NCBI GenBank assembly: GCA_010015805.1
Contig: ML978121.1
Location: 248,001 to 312,000, forward strand
DNA: 64,000 nucleotides
Source of the DNA: Rhizodiscina lignyota
Lineage: Eukaryota
Direction: 5' to 3'
Each line of letters begins with the position of its first letter. Position 1 is the stretch's first letter. This document shows positions 35,232 to 46,602 of this stretch, piece after piece. Made by a program: the position numbers and the translations under genes. The notes beneath the pieces were generated by a model that was not told the DNA's origin, searched no databases, and worked only from the letters and a program-made list of their open reading frames with translations.

Positions 35232-35935
35232 GTCGCCGAGTTGAAGCGATTGTCGCGTGGCCAAGTTGAATTGACGTGCGTTGGCGGCTGGCGGACGCGA
35301 TTGTTTACCTTGATGGCTTGGCGTGGGGTACGTCTCATAGGGCTGACTTAAAGAGCCGCGTGCCAGCGCCACTCTTCAGTTCACATGCAAGATGCACTTG
35401 AATGCTTGATGTGGAACCAACCATCAGGTTCAATGTAACGGCAACTAGAGATGGCAGATTTTTAGAATCATGATTCTTTATTCATGTCACTATCCTCCCG
35501 CGTTCCACTCCATAACTCGACCTCGCGGTCCACTTCACACAATCTGCCCCGCTAGCGTCATCTATGCTTCAGTCTTAATCCCCCCATAGCCATTCAACCA
35601 CCGCCCATACGACGACGTAGGTTCATCACCGACGCCACCTGGTATCGGAAACCCTGGTATCTAATTCGAAGCAAAGTGCAAAAAACAGGAAAAGGGAAAA
35701 AAGTCTATGATTACAAAAGCAAGTATAAGTGAAGGAAAGAAAGGAGTGGAAGCCGGGGCAGAAATGTCCCAGCGGATGGCGAATACAGCAGGTAAAGAAG
35801 AACTTTTGAGAAGGGGATTCCCATAGTCACAGACCATACCCAAGCGCCAAATCGCCAAGCCCAAAGTACCGCCCTATGGAAGTGCCTAAGAAATCTCGTC
35901 GAATCGGGTAGAGAGGCGGCCGCAGAGGTTTGCAT

Positions 35936-38595
35936 TTAAGCATTGGGCTCAGCAACGTCCTTGGCAGGAGAACCGTTCGGCTTCTCGCCCTCCTCTTCTG
36001 GGCCCTTGTTCTTGATGTAGTCATCGTAGACGCTCATGGCCTCCTGGACCTTGTTTTTGAGCGCCGACTCATCGGTAGTACTGTATATTGTTAATATTTC
36101 AAAGTTCATATTCTCATGGATCGTTTGGACTTACAGATTGAGAAGCTCCGCATCGTCCATCTCCAACAGCATACCAGTGATCTTTCCGGCCAACTCTGGC
36201 TGCTGGGCATGAATCTTCGGGTAGAGCGCCTCACCAAGCATCTGCTTCCTCTGGCCCTGTGGCACAGCTTGCAGCGTTTGAATACTCAAGTCGCCAGCTG
36301 GCGCACCACTTGGAGCAGGGACACCGGGAATGCCCTGCGGGGGGATGCCTTGACCACGTCCGACGGAAGGAGACATGCCTGGTACCTGGCCTGGACGTGC
36401 GCCAGGAGTTGGGCCACGAGCAGCACCGGCTGCGCCTTGTTGTTGCTGTTGTGAGAAGCCAGCATCACGGCCTCCACGCATGGCAGGAACGACACCTGGC
36501 ATCTGCGGCATGCCTGGCATGCCCATCATTGGACCACCACGTCCAGCTGCACCACGACCGCCCATTGCTTGCTGCGCAGCTTGGGTGAGCTGCTGAATAT
36601 AGGCGGGGTTATAGGCACCAGGTGGGAATGCACCAGGGGGCATGTTCGGCATCATGCCATACATCTGCGGTGGAATTTGCTGGCCACCCGGTCCGCCACG
36701 ACCGGCCTGCTGAGGAGGCATCTGGCCAGGGAAAGCACCTCCACGACCTGGCTGGGCGCCAGGCATGCCGCCAGGGAAGCCCGGCATCTGGCCACGAGCA
36801 CCTGGAGGGAGGAATGTCGGTTGCTGTCCAGGATTGAAGAACATCTGGGGCTGCATGAAAGCCTATCACTGGTATCAGTAACAATATTGAAAACACGGAT
36901 GGACATGAAAGGATAGTAGTTGGAAATTATCAGTCGAGTACGAAATTTTGACGGAAAGCAAGTTGAGACCAGTAAAGGAGAAGATATCCGAGATAGGAAA
37001 AAAAGATCAGGACTTCAAAGGCAGGAAAGCGAAAATCATAGGAATGAACGTTGGCGTACCTGGTTACCCATGCCGGCCGCAGCGGCCTGCTGCTGTGCCC
37101 TGAGCTGATTGCGAGCCTGGATAGTGGCCTCGAGCTGACTCTTCCTGACATCCTTGCGCTGCGCCAGCGCAACGTACAGCGGCTTGCCATTGAGCATCTT
37201 CTGGTTCATCTCGGTGACCGCCTTGGTGGACTCCTCGGGGTTGCTGAAGCAAACGAAGCCGAAGCCCTTGGACTTGCCCAGCAACTTCTTCTCGCCCTTG
37301 ATCACTACCTTCTCCATCTCTTGGCCGTCCTCATTCTCTTTGTTCTTCTCATTGTCTTCTTCATCTTCCTTGGGCTCCTCCTTGATATCGCCATTCTCTT
37401 CAGAGTCATCCTTCGTCGGAGACTCGGAGCCGTCAGCTGGCATCGTGTCACGCATAACCTTGGCGGAAGTGATTGTACCGAACGGTGCAAACATGTCACG
37501 CAACTTCTCATCGTCGACATCGTCATTCAGGTTCTTGACGTAGAGGTTCACGCCTTGGTACTTGGACTGCTTCTCCAGACGTTGGGCCTCGTACTGCTTG
37601 CGCAGCTCTTCCTCACGCTCGTGCTTCTTCTGCGCGCGACCGACGTAGAGCTTCTGACCCTTGTAGTCAGTGTCATTAAGGTCATCGACAGCCTTGGCAG
37701 CGTCCTCATGCCTGATAAAGTTGACGAAGCCGAAGCCGCGCGCCTTGCCGGTCTCGTTGTCGTGGGCGAGGGAAGCAGAGGTAATCTGGCCGAACTTCTC
37801 GAAAAGCTCGCGGAACTCGTCGTCAGTGACTTCTTGGTCGATGTTCTTGACGTAGACGTTGGTGAAGTTGGCCTTCATCTCCTCGAACTTGCTCATGCGA
37901 TCCTTCTTAGGGATGTGGTGGCCGACGAACACCTTCTTCTCGTTCAGAAGCATGCCGTTGACATGCTTGATGGCATTGTTTGCGGCCTCGGCGGTCTCGT
38001 AGTGGACAAAGCCGTAGCCCTTGGAGTTGCCCATCTCGTCTTGAGCAACCTTGCAGCTGAGAATGTTGCCAAAGGCGGCAAAGGTATCGTGGAGGGCCTT
38101 GTTGTCGATGGCGACATCAAGGTTCTTGATGAAGACATTGCCCTGGCCAGTCTTGCGCAGAGCTGGGTCACGCTGGGACCACATGATGCGGCAGGGTTTG
38201 CCCTTGATCAGAGTGTAGTTCAGCTCCTCCAAGGCCTTCTCTCCATCGTCCGACGAGTTGTAGTTGACGTAGGCGTATCCGAGAGAGCGACGAGTGACTG
38301 CGTCGCGGCAGACACGGATGGAGGCGACTTGGCCGATGGAAGAGAAGAGCTCGAAGAGCATCGCCTCAGTGACGGAAGGATCGAGCTCGCCGACGTAGAG
38401 GGAAGCAGAGTTGGGGTGGACGGCGGAAGAAGGAGCAGCAGAGGTGGGAGTCGCCATGTCGTTGCCCGTGCCAGCCGGGGCAGGGCCGACGTTGGTGTTG
38501 ATGGTGGTGCCGTTGGGGCCGGCGACGTCGGAAGGAGCGGTGGTCGCGGCGGCATCAGGGGCCGGAGAAGTTGTGCTGGCGACTTCAGAAGACAT
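35936..38595 (-). CDS. PAB1: Cytoplasmic poly(A)-binding protein; exons 38595-37060, 36862-36135, 36080-35936
   Basis: Four RRMs ('[20 protein letters not shown]', 'KGYGFVHY', 'RGFGFVNF', 'KGFGFVCF'), a Pro/Gln/Gly/Met linker, and the PABC/MLLE domain '[28 protein letters not shown]'. Confidence 0.98.
36930..37039 (-). ncRNA. Candidate intronic box C/D snoRNA inside the 197-nt PAB1 intron
   Basis: C-like ATGATT at 37039-37034, internal CTGA (D') at 37010-37007 and CTGA (D) at 36933-36930, about 67 nt before the 3' splice site. The C box is imperfect, there is no terminal stem and no target was identified. Confidence 0.3.
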
Positions 38596-38965
38596 TTTGG
38601 GTTTTGGTTCTGTATGAGTTGTCAGAATGATGGATCTCGTTGGATGTGAAACGCGTTGGGTTCGTGTGTGGAGTGTTTGTGTGCTTCGGGGGCGACTTGC
38701 GCACTTTTGTTTTTGATATCGAAGTGACGTGGTGTCAGAAGTGGTTATTCCTGTAGTGAAGGAAGAACGAAGCTTGTGAGGCGTTAGCTTGACAAAGCGT
38801 CACAGAATCCGCGGATGGGGATGAGGCGCACTCAAGAGGCGATGGTCTGAAAGGGTTGAAGTTTGCTCGCGCGACAGCTGGCGTTGGCTTGCGTGTCGTG
38901 GTTTGCGTCGGGAAATGCAGCGAGTCGGTGGACCGGGGATTTTTTATCGGTTTTCAATTTTTTTT
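38596..38965 (-). promoter_or_regulatory. PAB1 5' leader with two probable introns (38831-38751, 38704-38610) and A-rich tracts
   Basis: Both introns begin GTGCGC, have GCTAAC or CTGAC branch sites and end in CAG. A-rich exonic tracts 'aaaaaaattgaaaaccgataaaaa' (about 38965-38940) and 'caaaaacaaaa' (about 38715-38705). Confidence 0.55.
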
Positions 38966-39582
38966 GGAAGATAGAAGTTTTCTGAGAAGGGAGAACGGGA
39001 GCGGGATGGCGTGGTGGTGAGGAGAACAATCAGTGGTGAGCTTGTTGAAGAGGATAAAGCAGCAGCAGAAAGAAGTTGCAATTTTCTTTGCTGCGACCGC
39101 CCCGTTTGCGAGCACGGGCCACCCACGCCCAGGGTCCACTAATCACGTGATGCTACCCTTTGCGCGTTCCCATAACAAATCAGCGTAGCGCTCGCTCAAC
39201 GCTTCCACAGCTTTCTCAAACTCTCCTTCTCTATTGAGTCTGATTCGTCATTCAGCGCTACATATTTACATAAGGTCTTCACGTCTTGGTTCCTGCCCAT
39301 TCACTGTTTACGTTGTACTTGTTCAGTCTGATCACACGTGCTTGACAAAACACCTCTCCTTCGAGTGAAACCAAACTGTAACGGGCACCTTTCCGTGATG
39401 CCGATATCAGTGCGGTGATCTGTGATGCGGTGGTCCCTTGGTTGCTTACGAGTCTTCGTTCAACATCTGGATCGAGCCGGAGTAACTTTAGTTGATCTTC
39501 ACAAGCCAGTTGGTCACGATGTAAATTCTTAACGGTTTTACGACTCACCTGTCGCAGTTGACCATCGAACGGCTACGTCCTC

Positions 39583-40559
39583 ATGGCACCTACCAAGTCC
39601 CACCTGCATTCCTCAGCAGGTCTGGCACGACAACGGGTGAGGCCAGTCCAGACGCCCATGGCCTTCTTTCTAAGCCTGCCGCGCGAATTGCGGGACATGG
39701 TTTACGAGTACGCTCTTGACTGGAACGAGATGAATCGAGCTATGATTCGATTTGAACGAGGTCTCGAAAGCCACTATGAATTCTGCTCTATTTGGAGGCG
39801 TACAAAAGGTGATCCCCTCCCACCTCTGCCAAAGCTCACTCCTCTATCAACCCCAACGATCCTTTTGGTCTGCCGCCAAATAACCGACGAGGCATTGCCA
39901 ATCCTACGCAAGAAGGCGCTGACCATTCGACCGCCGCTTCTTGGAGTACCGAAGGAGTTCTGGCCCTTGCAGGTCACAGCGTTCATAAGCAGCGGCACTC
40001 TAAAGCACGTGCAGCATGTTGTACTGGAAGCTGAATCGGCTGAGCGTCCGATCGCTCGTGTAAAAAGAAACGGAAATCTTAAGCCCTCTGCAGAGCTACT
40101 TGATGCCCATCTGCAGTACCTTTGGGGCCTGCGCAGTGCGCTTGAGAACAATTCCGGCCTAAAGCGCATCAGCGTGAGTTTCGCGGAGATGACTGACCCA
40201 GCGATTCGGAAGGAGTACTATTGTTTGCTCGTACGCCTTTCACCTATCTTGTCTCCACCTTATTTTGAAATGGACATGACTGACAAACACAGCATCAAAA
40301 ACTTCTCCGATACTTCCCTCTTGTGGACATAGATCTCCCAGAGAATCCTGAAATCGTGGAGGAGATGTTGTTGGAATTTTTCATGTCACCTCGGACGCAG
40401 ACATGGAAGTCCCGTCCGCGCCAGTCTAGACGAATACCATTGGAGATCGCTTGGGAGGCGATGCGACACCCGTCATCCTTGACCTGGTACACTGGCGGTA
40501 GGACGACGTACGGATCCCTACTTGTGGAAGATGATTTCGTCAAGATATGGCATTGGTAG
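39583..40559 (+). CDS. Hypothetical protein with an N-terminal F-box-like motif; exons 39583-40230 and 40293-40559
   Basis: 'FFLSLPRELRDMVYEYAL' and 'TPTILLVCRQITDEALPIL'. The GTACGC..CTGAC..CAG intron 40231-40292 joins the 40323-40559 ORF in frame. Confidence 0.75.
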
Positions 40560-41721
40560 GACGACATGGCGAGCTCTTTAAACGCATGTGGGAAAGCGCG
40601 ATTGTCGCTTTGGATTACTCGGATGCAAGCCCTAGTTGCTCCGGTTTCAAATGCTTAGATAGGGCTATGCAGAGGGCGTAGCGAGCGGTCTCGATGATCA
40701 CCAGGAAGGCAGCCATTCTACACTTGATCGGTGAAGTGCTCGTACTCGGTGCTATTAGGGCGCGCGCATCGGAATTTGCCATACGGCGCAGTCAGACGCC
40801 TCCGCTCGCTGCCTCGCAAGGCACAGCGCTGCACGCCGTTGGGGTCCGAGAAGAGCAGCTCGTCGGCGCCGGGTAAAGCTGGGCGTCAGGAGGATTGGCG
40901 GTGGACGGGAGGATTCCAGACGGAGGCTCGGGGAATAACAAGGCGCGTTTGTGTCCGGGAGCAGAGTGAGGTTGCGGTGCAGGGAGCAAGCAGCGAGTAA
41001 GTGGTGAGGGCTCGCTAGAAGTCCCCCCGCACGGCACTTAACCGCATGTGGGAGGCGCAGGTCTGGACCGCAAACAAGCTCGCAGCCAGGCGATGCTCGT
41101 TAAATGACGGGAGATCGCCGAGTGAAACCTGCGACATGTCTGCGAGGCAGCGAGGCGGCCGGCAGCGCAGCCAATTTACCTGTGTATGTACGGCGCTCGT
41201 GTCGCCTGTTCAAGCCGGCACATAAGACTGCGGGCTTCTGGCAACAAGCTATGCGGCTCGGCGCTGCGCCAGGCCTGCGCCGTCGAAGCTTGTTGCCCAA
41301 TTCCTGCGAGGCCTGTCTGTCCCACGCCACAGCGCGTTCTCGCCATGCGCTCTGCACCACGCCGTGCCCCTGTGCAGGAGCTCTAGCTAATGCCAGCTGC
41401 CTTACGTGCTTTGTCACTGGCATTTCGCGCGGGCCTTGGCGCGCCTCCCACCACTCACCAAACGAGGGCGCAGGGCCTGCTAATTTTGAACAACCTTTCG
41501 CCATATTTGCCGTTAGCTGGCTACACGCCGGGAGCTTCCAGCCCTCCCGCCCTTCTCTTCAGCTTGCATTCTGATTCTTTAAGCATTTGCAAGTTACCTC
41601 CAGGCAAGCCGTCCTCAGTCGTTCCTTGCCCTCGAAAACATCCGACATTCCACCATGCATACGCCCAGATAGTCCTTCGCTATCGAGATCCCTAGGCGTC
41701 TCCACTCTGCGGTCCGCCACC

Positions 41722-43426
41722 ATGGTGCCCCCAGCACTCGACAATGACGGCAATGCGCGACGCCTGCTCTTCTCCGACGACACAATCCACGATCGCAGTT
41801 CAGAGTCGAGCGACCTCGACATTGACGAGGAGAATTTCCTCGAGTCGCACCCCGAGAATGTGTACAAACGTGCACCCCGGCAAAGGAGACGAGAGAGATG
41901 GAAACTGGGCAGAGGCAATTGGACGGTGCAATGTCCATCGATAAATCGCAAACAGAAGCTGCTCATCTTCTCGCTCACCCTACTCTTATTACTGGTGTCC
42001 TGCGCCGCAGTGTATAGTAAAAAGCATGGCATCCCGCAGTTGAAGAAGGAGAAGGAGAAGGACAAAAAACCTCCGCCGCCGCCCAAACCGACGTTTTGCT
42101 CCAGCTGGCCAGTAGATGAGAAGCGCGATGTTGCATCGCGAGATGTGAGCGCCCAAATACACGTCGAGCGACCGCAGCTCGAGACAAGGTCGACGTGGAA
42201 GAAGCCGACCGGCTTCAAGATTGTCGCGACCGTATTTTGTGAGTTTGCGCATTCACCCAATCGCGGCCTCGGGATTTCTAACAACATGACGTAGATGGAC
42301 GACGAAGGAACGTCGACGTCCTCGACTGCTATCTGCAGAAAAACCTTGCTCGTAATGGAGGATATCTCGATTCCGTTCATTTTATGGTCCATACGTCTGA
42401 AGAGGCGGACCGAGCGTGGATCGAGAAGAAGGCAAGGGAGACGGAGGGCTACGAGTATATCGACCTGAAAGACTGCACGCAGCTTCCCTACGGATGCATG
42501 TGGGACTTTATCGCAGAAACTGACACTCTTTACATTAAAATCGACGACGATATTGTACGTTGTGCCTCCCTGCAATCGTGGCGCAACAGTAATGCTGACC
42601 CGCCTGACAGGTTTATATCCACGAGGACGCCATCCCACACCTCGTACAAACCCGCCTTGAACAACCAAACGCCTTTGCCGTCTCCGCCAACCTGGTCAAC
42701 TCCCCGCTAACCGGCTGGCTGCATTTCCACTTTGGCGCCATCCATCCATACCTCCCCGATCCCGCAAAGACACCTTACTACCCCCCAACCACTGAGTGGC
42801 GCGTATCCAAACTTCCCCTCTACAAAGGCGAAAAGTCCGTCGACTTGGACGCTGACCGCATGGAGCCGCCCTTCCCCGGACACCGCTGGCTCCCTCTCAG
42901 CCACAACGACACCAACATGGACAACATGATGACGCCGATGGGCAAGGTAAACAACTGGGGCAGCACACGCTTCGGCCTCGCCCTCCACGGCTGGGGCGTC
43001 GCCGCGCAGCAGCACTACTCGCTCTTCCAGAACGTCGAGGAGGACACGGTCTGGAAGTACCACTTCGGCAGCCGCCAGGGCAACAGCGACAGCCTGTGGA
43101 ACATGCAGTACACCCGCTACAACCTCAATTTCATCGCCATCTGGGGCAAGGACGTGCGCGCCAATCTCCCCATCGAAGACGACGACGAGCAGGGCATTGG
43201 CGTCACGCTGCCGAAGAAGTTGGGCAGGCCCTTTTTCGTGGATACGAAGGCGGTCGTGGCACATCTGCACTTCGGCCCGCAGACGATGAATATGCTGAGG
43301 ACGGACATCCTGGATCGATATCGGAGCCTGGCGAATGAGAGGGTTTGCGCCAAGGACAACCAAAAAATCCCGATCGATGCGAGATGTCCGTGGGTCATGG
43401 GCATGGATATGGAAGACTTCATGTGA
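41722..43426 (+). CDS. Type II membrane protein, putative GT-A-fold glycosyltransferase of unknown specificity; exons 41722-42238, 42295-42554, 42611-43426
   Basis: ATG in CACCATGG context, one TM helix 'LLIFSLTLLLLLVSCAAVY', then 'VFYGRRRNVDVLDCYLQKNL..NGGYLD', DxD-like 'YIKIDDDIVYI' and 'VAAQQHYSLFQNVE'. Two canonical introns, in frame. Confidence 0.78.
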
Positions 43427-44187
43427 GACGCACAACGCGTCGGTGTTCCGATCGCCGGATGCCGCAATGTCTAAAGCCTTTTTTTTTATGCGTTCATGAG
43501 TCAAGGGAGATGACATGGGGGACTTATACCCAATGGTGGCAACGCGATTCCCACAGTTCTGCTTCTTTGGTTCGAAATCTCCTGTTGTATTAGCGCCACT
43601 CTGCATGGACACGCGGCGTTCTCTTTCTTTCGATTAGCCTTTGGTTTGGTGGCACACTCTACTGTAACACTTGTAGCAGCATTCTGGAGCGAGGGCGTTT
43701 TCCTTTTTTCCGTCTCCGTCAAAACCGGAGATTGCATTCCAGGAGGGGATGATGACAAGTGATGATATAGCATTTTGGAGCTTCGGGGGGCTGCTCTGAA
43801 TGATTGTACACGGTGGTTGCATGCGAATCTTCCCATCTGCATGGACTTTGCGTTTCCTAGATTTCGCATTCCTGCGCTTGAGCGTGGTGATTTGTATTGT
43901 ATGGATTTTCTTTAACTACTTTTCAATTTGAGTTCTCTAGATGTCGAAAGCACACACTTCAATCCACCAGACGCAGAACCTCTCTAGATTTTAGACTTCG
44001 CCGCGATCCCGATCTTAAGATGCCGTTCTTTCCTGTCTATTCTATATGCCAGGCATCAGCCCTGCCTTTTCAGAACGCAGCAGAAGCGAAAACCCTCTCT
44101 CTACCTTCAACTCCTTGCTCGAAATTCAAGGCGAGGTGGCCCCAGGCTCTAAGGCATCTGTGGCGCGCTTCAAGGGGCCATGCAACC

Positions 44188-45560
44188 TTACCTCGAGCGG
44201 CCGTATGTGGGAGCGGGCTTGGGCTTGTTCTGCAGCACGCCCTCGATCTCCTCCATCACCTCGGGCGTCAACTTGGGGATCAGCTCGAGGGCCTTGCAGT
44301 TGTCGTGGATCTGCTCGACTTTGGTTGCGCCAAGGATGACCTGTTGTGCTGTCATTAGTAACCGCGTCTACGTAATTCATGAGAATGTCTGGACGAAAAG
44401 AAAGAAAAATAGCTCCAAGACGTCGAACGGTGTGAGGTTGAAATAGAAGCCGAGGGGTGCGAGAGCGTGGAGGAAGGTATTTGGAATCACAGAATAAGCT
44501 AAAAACTCACAGTTGAAACGTTCGGATTCGCAACGCACCACGCCAATGAGAGCTGGCTCACGGAGCCGCCCAAGCGTTCGGCAATAGTAGTCAACTTCCG
44601 GACTTTCTCAATCTTCGATTGGCCCACTTCGGATTGGAGCGAGGCGATCGTGTCGTTGAACATACTGCCATGGTTCGCGAAGCGGCTGCCCTCTGGGATG
44701 CCCTGGTTGTATTTGCCGGTCAAAAGGCCTGATGCAAGCGGTGACCAGATGGTCGTTCCGTACTCGTACTTCTTGAACACCGGGTCGTACTCCACCTCGA
44801 ACCTGTCGCGGTGGAAGGCGTTGTACTGAGGCTGTTCGGCGATGGGAGCGATGAGGTTGTACTTTTCAGCGATGAGCGTCGCCTCTGTGATCTGCAGTGC
44901 CGACCACTCGGACGTGCCCCAGTAGTATGCGAGGTTGAGGTTGCGGATGACCTGCGTGAAACCTTCGACAATCTCGCGCATCGGTGTAGCAACGTCCGGC
45001 CTGTGAGCGAATACAACATCGACGTACGGCTGTTGCAGTCTCTCCAAGGAGCTCTTCAGCCCCTCAACAACGTGCTTCCTCGAAAGGCCCCTCGTGTTCG
45101 GCTCCTTGCGCCCCGTGCCGAAGAATACCTTGGTGGTGAGCACGTACTCGTCCCTGGGCCAATTGAGCTCCTTGAGAGCATTGCCCATCTCGATTTCCGA
45201 CTGGCCAGCGGCGTACGTCTCCGCGGTATCGAAGAAGTTGATGCCATTGTCCCATGCAGCTTGCAGGCACTCCTTCACGATGTTGCCCTTCTGCGTTCCG
45301 CCGTACGTGAGCCAGCCGCCCAGTGAGAGGACCGACACCTTGAGTCCAGTGGGGCCCAGGTGGCGGAAGACCATGTTCTTCGGGTCGTACATCGACCTGA
45401 CTGCCATCTTTGCGGTATTGTCGTCTCTGCGCGAGCTCGAAGAATGGAATTGGGCAGTGTGAGAACAAGACAGACGGGCCAAAGCCAATTGACGAAAACG
45501 GAGCTTCGTAAAGGGAGCTGGAGGAGAGTGACGAAGGAATTGCGTCGCGACGCGAGACAT
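44188..45560 (-). CDS. Aldo-keto reductase, voltage-gated K+ channel beta-subunit-like (AKR6-like); exons 45560 (or 45407)-44511 and 44340-44188; optional extra exon 44041-43984
   Basis: '[23 protein letters not shown]', '[14 protein letters not shown]', 'TTKVFFG', '[10 protein letters not shown]', '[11 protein letters not shown]', '[13 protein letters not shown]'. Intron 44510-44341 joins '[16 protein letters not shown]'. Confidence 0.93.
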
Positions 45561-46602
45561 GCGAGAGCTTAAATATTCCTGACCTACGAGGCGAGCGCAG
45601 CTTCGGCGGTGTGCTCCCCGAGACTAGGGAGAGCTTTATGTATGGGGAGCTGCACCGCACGTTTTAAAATGGCAATATGCCCCATTGCTCAAGGCATGCA
45701 GTGCACACGTCTTCCATTCGTGCTGGATGTTGGACTTAACGCGGATATAGCGTCATCGATTAATAACAGCCCACTTCGCACCTTAGAAATCTCGCAAAGG
45801 TGGCGCATTTAGCGCGGGGCCCTCTGTCTATCAGTAGGATGGATCAGGAAGGCCGTTATTTACCGGGGAGGTGTTGCATAGATGCAGCAGTGAGGTAGAG
45901 GCTGCTGCGAGATAGAGGCTCTGCCTTCCGATTATCGGGACACTTATCCGTGCCAGGGACGGAGTTTCTCCAAGCTGGCCCTACGCACGCTGAGGTGCCC
46001 GTACGAGAATTTAAGCGGTGGTCCATGCTCTCGCTTTCGCTATTTCGATCCTGTGTGGCTGGAGCAATGCCACGTGCAAGTCAAGTGTGGCGAGTGCGTT
46101 TCAGCCAAGCAGCGGAGCTTTTGCGGGAAACAGGGACAGGACTGCGAGCAAGCTTCTACCCAAGCTATTCAAGCTTCACCCGCTTGTAACCAGGCCCGCG
46201 GGTTTGACCCTCTTCAGGGAATCTCACTCCCTCTTCCAGCTTAATTAAAGTCGACGATACCCGGGAGTGAGCCAAGTACAGTGGCGAATAGAAACAAGGC
46301 AGGCTGGCGTGGTGCGATGGCATTCGCTGCCCACTTACCAAGTCTTGCTGTTTGCCTGCCGAATGCGTGATGTTTAAAATTGAACAAACGGTGCCAGTTA
46401 TGCAGCTGCGTGGCGGCGAAATGATTTGAGCGCGTTCCTTATTATCTGTCTGTGGCGCTACTTCCTCTCCTCAGCCGCTGTCACTCTTTCGTGGACTCCA
46501 TTCTCTGAATGTTGTGGCACTCCCTCAGCCTCCTATCAACTCTCATCAAACTCCACATCTTCTTTAGTACCGCCCTTTTCTTCCACTTTAATCTTCTTCA
46601 AC

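Noticed and set aside
37051..38649. 532-aa plus-strand ORF antisense to PAB1
   Set aside because: It mirrors the strongly codon-biased PAB1 exon, which suppresses antisense stops, and has no recognisable motifs.
41559..43612. 369-aa and 301-aa minus-strand ORFs
   Set aside because: Antisense shadows of the spliced plus-strand glycosyltransferase-like gene.
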